A stretch of 64,000 nucleotides of DNA from a virus: positions 32,001 through 96,000 of the IMG/VR virus record IMGVR_UViG_3300035670_000026, one strand, 5' to 3'. This document shows positions 9,448 to 17,456 of this stretch, piece by piece; within the stretch, counting starts at the first letter, position 1; each line of letters starts with the position of its first letter. The notes under the pieces are model-generated. The model saw only the letters and a program-made list of their open reading frames with translations. It made no database searches and was not told where the DNA came from. Both the position numbers and the translations under genes were made by a program.

Positions 9448-10566
9448 ATGAATATATTTGATAAACTTATCAAAGAAATTTCTTATAAATTTCCAAAAGG
9501 ATATCTTGACATCGATGATGCTCAAGATGTTCTTTTTTTCCAATCAATATTAGAGTCAATAGGTATTGAACTTTATAATTCTATTTTAATTAACGAAGCT
9601 GCCGAAGATATCAAAAATGAACTTATTGATGCGGGTTATACTCCTGAAGACATTATTGTAAAAAGTAGTAAACAAATTCGTTTATTAACTAAAGGAAATG
9701 AACGTAAATCTACAATGGATAAATTGTTAAAAGATTTAGAAGGTTCACGTTACGATATAAATTTTAAAGGTTCATCCTTAGGTGCTATCATAGCAGATGA
9801 TGGGACAGCAATTATTGTTAAACCAAAAGAAAGACAAGGTGGTTTATCTGCTGGTTTAGATAATGAACAAATGCTTGTAGATAGCATAAACCAATATACC
9901 CAAGATGACCCAATCAACATCAGATTTAAAGGAATAAATAAATCTGTATCTTACAATGATGTTGCTTCAGCTAAATCTGTAGGTGCAGATACAGCAGGTG
10001 GTAAAAAAGCAGATGTTCAATTATTAGATAAAAGTGGTAGTGTTATAGCAAATATTTCTCTTAAAAAAGCAAACGCTGAAATGTGGGAAAGTGCTGATAG
10101 ACGTTATAAAAATTTAATGCTTAAATTATCTGAAAAACTTTTAGATAGCCCATTTCCAAATGTTGCTTTAAGAACAACAGATAAAAAAGATATATATCGT
10201 TTATATAACCCAGCAACCGGAACAGATTTAGGAGGTCTTGTAATTACAGATTTACCAGACAATGAAAATGAATCTATTGTATTTGGTACTGATAATCCAA
10301 AAACAATAGTTATCAAACATACTTTCCAACCTTCAGATTTTAGCTTTAATAAATCTATACTAACAATAGATTCAGGTACTATTTTTACTGATTTAAAAGA
10401 TATTGAAGGAACAAAATACGAACCTATATTAGTAATTAGACACGATGTAACTCGTACTGCAACTAATGGTTTACGTCCTATTGTTTATAATGCTTCTCAT
10501 GCTTATAAAGACGGTAAATTAGCTGGGGGGAGAACAGAGTTAACTTATAATGAAGCAATAAAATAA
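9448..10566 (+). CDS. putative PD-(D/E)xK nuclease-like protein with N-terminal leader
   Basis: NEQ...KADV...ISLKK pattern; leader ends LINE. Confidence 0.5.
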   Translation: MNIFDKLIKEISYKFPKGYLDIDDAQDVLFFQSILESIGIELYNSILINEAAEDIKNELIDAGYTPEDIIVKSSKQIRLLTKGNERKSTMDKLLKDLEGSRYDINFKGSSLGAIIADDGTAIIVKPKERQGGLSAGLDNEQMLVDSINQYTQDDPINIRFKGINKSVSYNDVASAKSVGADTAGGKKADVQLLDKSGSVIANISLKKANAEMWESADRRYKNLMLKLSEKLLDSPFPNVALRTTDKKDIYRLYNPATGTDLGGLVITDLPDNENESIVFGTDNPKTIVIKHTFQPSDFSFNKSILTIDSGTIFTDLKDIEGTKYEPILVIRHDVTRTATNGLRPIVYNASHAYKDGKLAGGRTELTYNEAIK

Positions 10567-10579
10567 AATATTTATAAAT

Positions 10580-11227
10580 ATGTGTGGCTGCGGATGTAAT
10601 ACTTGTGATACTAAAAAATCTGTGCTTATGCTTAATGAAAGTATAGCACCGCGTGGGATATTGTCTGAAGGTCTTAAATACCATATAGACAATAATAGAC
10701 CGCTTACTGAACAGACTTATCGTGCTGGTTCATCAAACTATTTTAACTTGTGGGCTGAAGCTCGCTCATTTTATTCTCGTGAAATTATTGAAGTTACAAA
10801 CGAGGATGATTTAGCTATCTTAACCGAAACCAATTTAGGTGAATATGGTACATTAGAAGATGGTACTCGTGTTCCTTTAGATTTTATTATGGAAGATGTT
10901 TATCTTGATTTAAATGAAAATTTAGATGAAGCTAAAAAATCACAAAAGAAAGATCCACCAATTGGAAAACCAATGCGTGATTCATCAGGTGGTAAAGCTT
11001 ATAAAGTATACGTTCGCGATCCTAAAACCAAGAAAATTAAAACAGTACGTTTTGGTTCAGGTGGTTTAAAAGCTAAAATCAATAATCCTAAAGCACGTCA
11101 AGCATTTGCTAAACGCCATAAGTGTTCAACACGTAATGATAAAACAAAAGCTTCTTACTGGTCTTGTCGCTTGCCTCGTTACGCTAAATTGTTAGGATTA
11201 AAATCATCTTTTTCAGGATTTTGGTAA
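10580..11227 (+). CDS. modular protein with basic C-terminal domain
   Basis: MCGCGCNTC start; LNE/LSE/LTE/LDE sites; YKVYVRDPKT..VRFG..FAKRHKC..YWSCR. Confidence 0.7.
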   Translation: MCGCGCNTCDTKKSVLMLNESIAPRGILSEGLKYHIDNNRPLTEQTYRAGSSNYFNLWAEARSFYSREIIEVTNEDDLAILTETNLGEYGTLEDGTRVPLDFIMEDVYLDLNENLDEAKKSQKKDPPIGKPMRDSSGGKAYKVYVRDPKTKKIKTVRFGSGGLKAKINNPKARQAFAKRHKCSTRNDKTKASYWSCRLPRYAKLLGLKSSFSGFW

Positions 11228-11556
11228 TGATAAAATTATTAAATATATTAAATGAAGCAAAAAAAGTAAAAGAAACTTTTGAAAATTTTGCTGAAAAAAG
11301 AGGCGAGGGTGCTGCTAAAATAGCTAAAACCGCAGAGGAAAAAGGTGGTTTAGCACTTTTAACTTGGCATCATTTTAAAGTTAAAGCTCCCTATTATAAA
11401 AAAGCAACTGAAGGTAAATTTGATAAAGAAGCTGCCAAAAAAGAATTTGAGAATACATTAAAAAGTATTTCATTAAACATGACTCCAATTGAATTTCAAA
11501 GAGAGGTTGGTCGTTTAGAGGTACTAGGTGAATTATTAATTAGAGATAAAAAATAA
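11227..11556 (+). CDS. hypothetical protein with leader MIKLLNILNE
   Basis: ATG at 11227 coupled to the upstream TAA (TAATG). Confidence 0.7.
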   Translation: MIKLLNILNEAKKVKETFENFAEKRGEGAAKIAKTAEEKGGLALLTWHHFKVKAPYYKKATEGKFDKEAAKKEFENTLKSISLNMTPIEFQREVGRLEVLGELLIRDKK

Positions 11557-11559
11557 ATT

Positions 11560-11997
11560 ATGAATACATTTGATTTAAGAAGATATTTAGTTGAAGGTAA
11601 ATTATATGAAGCAGCAATGGCTTGTCCTTTACCTACTCAAGATTTAGAACTAAACACCAAAAATAGAGACTCAGCTATCAAAGCAGATTATATTAAATAT
11701 GGTCCTTTAAATGTTGATGAACCTGGAGATTTTTGGGACGAATTAGCTGAACACTGGGATACAACAGTTGAAGCAGCTAAACAATCACTTTGTGCAAATT
11801 GCGCTGCTTTTGATATTTCTCCTAGAATGGATGATTGTATGCCCGGTCCTTTATCTGATGAAGATGGAAGATTAGGATATTGCTGGATGCATAGTTTTAA
11901 ATGCCATTCAGCCCGTACTTGTAGAACATGGGCTAAAGGTGGTCCTATTGTAAAAGATACTATTTCTTACGAGTGGCAAGAACGTAAAGGAGAATGA
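11560..11997 (+). CDS. Cys/His-rich hypothetical protein with leader MNTFDLRRYLVE
   Basis: CANC, GYCWMH-x-FKCH, CRTW; probable metal binding. Confidence 0.7.
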   Translation: MNTFDLRRYLVEGKLYEAAMACPLPTQDLELNTKNRDSAIKADYIKYGPLNVDEPGDFWDELAEHWDTTVEAAKQSLCANCAAFDISPRMDDCMPGPLSDEDGRLGYCWMHSFKCHSARTCRTWAKGGPIVKDTISYEWQERKGE

Positions 11998-12254
11998 AAC
12001 CCTATAAAGACATAGAAGTTAATAACAAGTATGTTATTAGAGAATTTAGCGAAAACATTGACCCAATAGAGTTAATGTGGCATCGCGATGATGAAGATAG
12101 AACAGTTGAAATAATTGGTAAAACTGATTGGCAACTTCAATTAGATAATCAATTACCAACTTCTATAAATCAACCTATATTTATACCTCGACACGAGTGG
12201 CATCGCGTTATTAAAGGAACAGGTACACTTACATTAAAGATACACAAATCATGA
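11994..12254 (+). CDS. small cupin-like protein
   Basis: WHRDDEDR and IFIPRHEWHRVIKG motifs. Confidence 0.6.
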   Translation: MKPYKDIEVNNKYVIREFSENIDPIELMWHRDDEDRTVEIIGKTDWQLQLDNQLPTSINQPIFIPRHEWHRVIKGTGTLTLKIHKS

Positions 12255-12862
12255 AATCAATAGATACATTTGATTTAAGAAAATTTATAACTGAAGGACA
12301 GTTAGAAAAAAACTTACAAGAAGTTGATATTAACTTAGATGATAAAGAACAATCCGTAGTTGATGATGTAAAAGACGAAATGTCTGATATATTAAAAACT
12401 ATGGATACTGAATTAGCTAAAGCATCTGAATCTACCAATGAAGGTTTATTAACTGTAGCTAGTATTGCTATTGCATTACCTGCTATTATGGGACTAATTG
12501 CTAAATTTGGTAAAGCAGCGGGTAATATGGTTAATAAAGTTTTAGGTAAAAAACCAACAGACCAAGATGCTTATCAACAATGGATGACTAAATTAGGTCA
12601 TATTGCTGATGAATTACATCATTTGTATATGGCTCCAATTGAATCAATTGTTAAAAAATTTGTTAAAGATCCTGTAAAAGCTAAAAACGTATCAAGTGGT
12701 ATTTTTCACGTAATTGTAGCAACATTTTTAATAGCATCAGGAGCAACAGCCGTAAAAGCTTTACAATCTAAAAACTTATCTTTAGCAACTTTAGAAGGCG
12801 CTTTAAGTGCTATTAAAGGGGGAGAATTAAAACAATTTATCTCAGGACTAATTAGAGTTTAA
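12251..12862 (+). CDS. hypothetical protein with leader DTFDLRKFITE and hydrophobic helices
   Basis: Leader shared with 11560; hydrophobic LLTVASIAIALPAIMGLIA and IFHVIVATFLIA segments. Confidence 0.7.
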   Translation: MKSIDTFDLRKFITEGQLEKNLQEVDINLDDKEQSVVDDVKDEMSDILKTMDTELAKASESTNEGLLTVASIAIALPAIMGLIAKFGKAAGNMVNKVLGKKPTDQDAYQQWMTKLGHIADELHHLYMAPIESIVKKFVKDPVKAKNVSSGIFHVIVATFLIASGATAVKALQSKNLSLATLEGALSAIKGGELKQFISGLIRV

Positions 12863-12895
12863 TTTTATAATATTTATAAATAAACACTATAACAG

Positions 12896-13375
12896 ATGGC
12901 TCAACAATTTTACCATATAGCATGTTTAAACGAAACCCAAGCAGATTCATTAGGTCGCGGATTTATTTCGGCGTCTTTAGGAAATACTTCTGGTTTTAAA
13001 GCAGTAGCTATAGAAGATGCTTCCTTTCCAGAGTGGCAAATAGCAAATGTTATAACTTATGGTGTTGCTACACCTTTATCAGCCATCCAAAAATTATTTG
13101 ATCTTTCAGGATACGTTCAAGCACCGTTTGTTGCTATTATGCCCATATTTAGTAGCTCAGGTGCCAAATTAACATCTTGTAGATTGTACCAATTTGAAGA
13201 CCAAAATGATTTTTTAACCAATGGTTGGAAAATACCAGCAATAGATGGTAATCCAATTCAACCTTCAAAAGCACCTTTTGTAGATATTCCACAAGGAGTT
13301 TCTACTATTTCGGCAAATGGAGGTTTATTATATTTTTACGACACCAACTTTTCACAAAACTCAATTTTAAGTTAA
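12896..13375 (+). CDS. hypothetical protein (probable paralog of 13382)
   Basis: ATATTTATA at 12870; YHI..., KAVAIED, GGLL. Confidence 0.7.
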   Translation: MAQQFYHIACLNETQADSLGRGFISASLGNTSGFKAVAIEDASFPEWQIANVITYGVATPLSAIQKLFDLSGYVQAPFVAIMPIFSSSGAKLTSCRLYQFEDQNDFLTNGWKIPAIDGNPIQPSKAPFVDIPQGVSTISANGGLLYFYDTNFSQNSILS

Positions 13376-13381
13376 TAAATT

Positions 13382-13792
13382 ATGCCATCATATCATATAG
13401 GATCATTTGACCAAGCAGTAGTAGATGCTATGCCCCCAAGCGGAAAAATAGTAGCAATTCAAAATAATCCAAATAATAATAATAAATGTGTTGCTTATGA
13501 TGATACTGATTTTAATAATTTTGGAGTTAGTAAGGCTAAAACTCAACAAGTATTCCCACTTGCTGCTACAGTATACTGGACTGTAATGCCATATAATAAT
13601 GAAGGAGTATGTTTATATTGTTCATTCCCAACATTATCAGATCTTCTAAACAATGCTCAATTTACCCCAGATTTAGGTGGTGGAGCTATAGGAGGAGGCA
13701 CATTTGGTACAGTAGATGATGTAGCGATTTATTTATCAAATATAGGGGGAATGTTAATTATACCAACAGGTATTCCTTATGTAGGACCTTAA
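13382..13792 (+). CDS. hypothetical protein (probable paralog of 12896)
   Basis: YHI..., KCVAYDD, GGML. Confidence 0.7.
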   Translation: MPSYHIGSFDQAVVDAMPPSGKIVAIQNNPNNNNKCVAYDDTDFNNFGVSKAKTQQVFPLAATVYWTVMPYNNEGVCLYCSFPTLSDLLNNAQFTPDLGGGAIGGGTFGTVDDVAIYLSNIGGMLIIPTGIPYVGP

Positions 13793-13853
13793 TAATTGAA
13801 TAACTTACAGACGGATTCATAGCCCGTCGCTTTAATAAAAATTTTTAGAGAGC

Positions 13854-13884
13854 TGTGGCCTCCAATTTGGAGGCCACATTTTTT
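13854..13884 (+). terminator. intrinsic terminator
   Basis: TGTGGCCTCCA-ATT-TGGAGGCCACA-TTTTTT. Confidence 0.85.
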
Positions 13885-13897
13885 GTTTGTATATTTA
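13866..13897 (+). promoter_or_regulatory. Bacteroidota sigma-A-like promoter
   Basis: TTTG(13866)-N20-TATATTTA(13890), close to the -33 TTTG / -7 TAnnTTTG consensus. Confidence 0.5.
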
Positions 13898-13916
13898 AAT
13901 GTTAAACTTGTAATAA

Positions 13917-15278
13917 ATGAAGAGAATTGTAATTGTAGGAGCTGGAGTTGCAGGAGTAAATGCAGCAACTAAACTTGTAGATAATGGTTATCCTGGAGAA
14001 CTAATCACAATCATTGATATGGGAAAAGATCCATACCAACGCAAACCAGAAGAAGTAATGACTGGTTTCCTAGGTGCAGGTGGTTGGTCTGATGGTAAAC
14101 TAACTTATCACACAGCAATTGGAGGACAATTATCAAAGTATTGTGGTGAAGAAAAAGCAATGGAATTGATGGATCAAGTAATTACCAATTTCAAACGTTT
14201 TCATCCTAAACCTGAAGAAGTACAATGTTCAAATCCTGTCGAAGAACCTGAATTTATTAAACCATATTTTGGTTTACGTTTATTTCCAGTATGGCACGTT
14301 GGAACAGATTATCTATCTGAAATTGCTAAAAATTGGTACGATTATTTAGTATCTAAAGGTGTACAATTTATTTGGGAAACTAAAGTATATGCTATTGATT
14401 TTGAGAATTGTAGAGTATTAGCTAATTCATTAATAGAAAAATTAGAATACGAACGCAGATACGATGAATTAATTTTTGCAGTAGGTAAATCAGGTATCGA
14501 TTTTGCTCAAGAATTAGCCCAAGAATATAAACTTCCCGACGAACCTAAATCAGTTCAGATTGGTGTACGTTTTGAAGCCCCACAAAAACACTTCCAAAAG
14601 TTGATTGACATCAGCTATGACTTTAAGTTGTATCGTAAGTTTGAAGATAAAGGTGTTTCGCTTCGCTCATTCTGTACAAATAACAATGCTGCTTATGTTG
14701 CTGTAGAGGAAACCTATGGAGATCACAGTTACAATGGTCACGCTAAAAAAGACGAAGCATATAGAAATAATATGACTAACTTTGGTATCTTGATGGAAAT
14801 TAATGGTATTGAAGATCCATTTACTTGGTCACGTGAAGTAGTAAATAAAGTACAAGCAAACGGAACTGGTTTGTATTATAGTCCATCTCGTAAACCATCT
14901 ACTACCTCTGAAGGTAATAATGTAACTTCAACTCAAATTAGTTTAGATACACTTGTTCATGTTGTAGAACCTGCAATGGGTGGTTATTTTAAATATGTAA
15001 TGGATTTTATTATGGATATGAAAAAAGTATTCCCAACACTTCAAGATGATTGGGGTATGTATATTCCTGAAGTAAAATATTTGTCACCTGAGGTTAAAGT
15101 AGATTATAATAATTTAGCATTAGCTGATTATTCAAATGTACATTTTGTGGGTGATGCTTTGAGTGCTCGAGGTATTACAGTATCAGGAGCACAAGCGATT
15201 TATGTTGTTGAATCTATGCTTGGAGAATGGAAAAAACATGTGTATCTTTTAGATCAAGGAACAGGAGATTTATTTTAA
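13917..15278 (+). CDS. FAD-dependent oxidoreductase (uncharacterised dehydrogenase family)
   Basis: IVGAGVAG Rossmann motif, GAGGWSDGKL, SFCTN, PEVKY, VGD...RGI. Confidence 0.85.
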   Translation: MKRIVIVGAGVAGVNAATKLVDNGYPGELITIIDMGKDPYQRKPEEVMTGFLGAGGWSDGKLTYHTAIGGQLSKYCGEEKAMELMDQVITNFKRFHPKPEEVQCSNPVEEPEFIKPYFGLRLFPVWHVGTDYLSEIAKNWYDYLVSKGVQFIWETKVYAIDFENCRVLANSLIEKLEYERRYDELIFAVGKSGIDFAQELAQEYKLPDEPKSVQIGVRFEAPQKHFQKLIDISYDFKLYRKFEDKGVSLRSFCTNNNAAYVAVEETYGDHSYNGHAKKDEAYRNNMTNFGILMEINGIEDPFTWSREVVNKVQANGTGLYYSPSRKPSTTSEGNNVTSTQISLDTLVHVVEPAMGGYFKYVMDFIMDMKKVFPTLQDDWGMYIPEVKYLSPEVKVDYNNLALADYSNVHFVGDALSARGITVSGAQAIYVVESMLGEWKKHVYLLDQGTGDLF

Positions 15279-15283
15279 AAATT

Positions 15284-15535
15284 ATGGAAAATCATAAATA
15301 CACCCCCGCAAAAAAACTTATTAAAGCTGATGGTACTATCGCTTATGTATTTGACAATAAACTTCACAATTGGGAAGGTCCAGCATTAATTCCAGAAGGT
15401 GATATGCGTAAACGTGAATACTATCTTAATGGTATTCAACTTACAGAAGATGGTTGGAAAGAAGCTCGTAAAAATAGAGAAGGATTGCCTTGGTATAAAC
15501 AAGCTTCATCAAAAGGAGGCACAAACAGATTTTAA
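15284..15535 (+). CDS. small protein with an LHxxxGPA...YYLNG unit
   Basis: Start more plausible at ATG 15284 after the previous stop; KLHNWEGPALI..EYYLNG. Confidence 0.65.
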   Translation: MENHKYTPAKKLIKADGTIAYVFDNKLHNWEGPALIPEGDMRKREYYLNGIQLTEDGWKEARKNREGLPWYKQASSKGGTNRF

Positions 15536-15536
15536 A

Positions 15537-15920
15537 ATGGGACACAAATATGAACCAATACCCCGTAAGGGAGATACATACAAAAAAGCTTGGGGACATG
15601 AGCTTTGGATTGTTAACGATGATGAATATTGTGGTAAACTTCTAGTGTTTAATAAAGATAAAAAATTTTCTATGCATTATCATTTGATTAAAAAAGAATC
15701 ATGGTATGTTGCTGAAGGGGAATTTGAATATAGTTGGTTAAACACAGAAACAGCTTCCCACGAATCAACTGTGATTTGTCAAGGAGATGTTGTAGATTTA
15801 GAACGTGGACAACCTCATCAATTAAGAGCACTTACAGAAGGAGCTACAATTTTTGAAGTATCAACCAAACATTACGAAGAAGATAGTTATAGAGTACTAC
15901 CAGGATCATCACAATTATGA
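15537..15920 (+). CDS. cupin (sugar isomerase-like)
   Basis: KAWGHELW..YCGK..SMHYH..KKESW..PHQL; start at ATG 15537. Confidence 0.8.
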   Translation: MGHKYEPIPRKGDTYKKAWGHELWIVNDDEYCGKLLVFNKDKKFSMHYHLIKKESWYVAEGEFEYSWLNTETASHESTVICQGDVVDLERGQPHQLRALTEGATIFEVSTKHYEEDSYRVLPGSSQL

Positions 15921-16447
15921 AAATAGGTTTTTGCGGAACAATGTCAGTAGGTAAAACAACGCTTGTTAATGCGTTGAAAGAATTACCTGAATTTAAAGAT
16001 TATACATTTAGAACAGAACGTTCAAAGTATTTAATGGAATTAGGCATTCCTTTGAATACTGATTCAACATTAAAAGGTCAATGTATATTTCTAGCTGAAC
16101 GAGCTAGTGAATTAATGTGTGAAAATATTATTACAGATAGAACTGTAATTGATATTATTGCATTTACTAAAGCAGCTAAATCAATTGATTACCATGAAGC
16201 TGAAGATTTTATTGCTTTAGCCACACGTTTACTCCCCGAATATGATTATTTATTTTATGTTTCACCTGAAGGAGTAGACATAGAAGACAATGGGGTTCGT
16301 GAAACTGATCAAGAGTACCGCGAACTGATCGACTTTATTATAAAACATCAATTAAAGACACATAAGTGGAAGATTAAAAATTTAGTAAATATTAAAGGTT
16401 CTACTGAAGAACGTATTACACAGGTGAAATCTGTCCTTTCTTTATAA
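15917..16447 (+). CDS. P-loop NadR/AAA_28-type kinase/ATPase
   Basis: GTMSVGKTT Walker A, ITDRT, DNGVR. Confidence 0.8.
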   Translation: MKIGFCGTMSVGKTTLVNALKELPEFKDYTFRTERSKYLMELGIPLNTDSTLKGQCIFLAERASELMCENIITDRTVIDIIAFTKAAKSIDYHEAEDFIALATRLLPEYDYLFYVSPEGVDIEDNGVRETDQEYRELIDFIIKHQLKTHKWKIKNLVNIKGSTEERITQVKSVLSL

Positions 16448-16469
16448 TATTTATATCCAAAATACTGCA

Positions 16470-16871
16470 ATGAAAAAATCAGAAGCTAAAGAATATATTA
16501 AAGAACTTATTATTTCTGAATTAACAGAAGTTGATACCGATAAAACTCGTGGTACTGTAGTAATGCCTAAAGCAGCTAACCCACAAGATATTAAAAAAAT
16601 GACTGATCAAGGTGTTGATGTAGAATTAAAAGAAGAAGAAGAAGATATTGAACCAACTGCAAAAGATATTGCAGCTAATGCTTCAATTGCTAAACTACAA
16701 TCTAAGTATAGTGAAGTAGTTAAACAAATGAAATCAGTAGTAAATAAGTACAAATCAGCTGAAGGTACTGAAAGACAAAAATATGTTGATCAATTAAAAG
16801 GTTTAACTAAGCTTAAAAAAGAATTAGAAGCTATGATTAATCCTTCTCTTGATGACGAAGATCAAGATTAA
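16470..16871 (+). CDS. hypothetical protein with leader MKKSEAKEYIKELIISELTE
   Basis: Late motif at 16447; leader shared with 6092 and 8966. Confidence 0.7.
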   Translation: MKKSEAKEYIKELIISELTEVDTDKTRGTVVMPKAANPQDIKKMTDQGVDVELKEEEEDIEPTAKDIAANASIAKLQSKYSEVVKQMKSVVNKYKSAEGTERQKYVDQLKGLTKLKKELEAMINPSLDDEDQD

Positions 16872-16874
16872 TTT

Positions 16875-17456
16875 ATGGATTTAAAAAAGGTTTTTAACAA
16901 TTTTCAAACAATACTAATAGTAGTATTAGTAATAATCATATTTTTAATGCGTGAATGTAGTGGAGGAAAATCCTCTACTACTCCTCGTATTGAACGAGAT
17001 ACAGTAATTGAATATGTTACTGTAACTAAGGAAACAAAAGTATACGTTCCTAAAATTAAAACTATAGTTAAAACTCGTATTGATAGTTTCTTAACACCTA
17101 TTGATACAACAGCTATTTTAGCTGATTATTATGCTGAAAAGTATTATGATGATGAACAAGAATTAGATAGTTTATATTTAGTAATTTTAGATACAGTAAC
17201 TCAAAATTCAATTACAGGAAGACAAATTAAATATACTTTAAAATATCCTATCAAAACAATTACAGTTAAAGAATATATTAACCAACGAGAATTATATTAT
17301 GGTGTAGGTTTAGATATTTCTACTCTTAATTATTTTGGAGGAGAACTATTTTACAGAACTAAAAAATCACAGGGATACGGCCTAAGTATTGGACTTAATA
17401 ATAAACTCCAACCAGTTGTAATGGGTCGTATGTACTGGAAATTAGGTAAAAAATGA
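16875..17456 (+). CDS. membrane-anchored protein, possible spanin
   Basis: N-terminal TM/lipoprotein-like ILIVVLVIIIFLMREC; C-terminal amphipathic beta strands ending MYWK. Confidence 0.45.
   Translation: MDLKKVFNNFQTILIVVLVIIIFLMRECSGGKSSTTPRIERDTVIEYVTVTKETKVYVPKIKTIVKTRIDSFLTPIDTTAILADYYAEKYYDDEQELDSLYLVILDTVTQNSITGRQIKYTLKYPIKTITVKEYINQRELYYGVGLDISTLNYFGGELFYRTKKSQGYGLSIGLNNKLQPVVMGRMYWKLGKK

Noticed and set aside
15227-15536. Track starts at 15227 and 15399 (also 11221, 21821, 24360, 48981)
   Set aside because: They are upstream extensions, mostly overlapping the previous gene; nearby ATGs (15284, 15537, 11227, 21833, 24375, 48990) fit the A-rich or coupled start pattern better.
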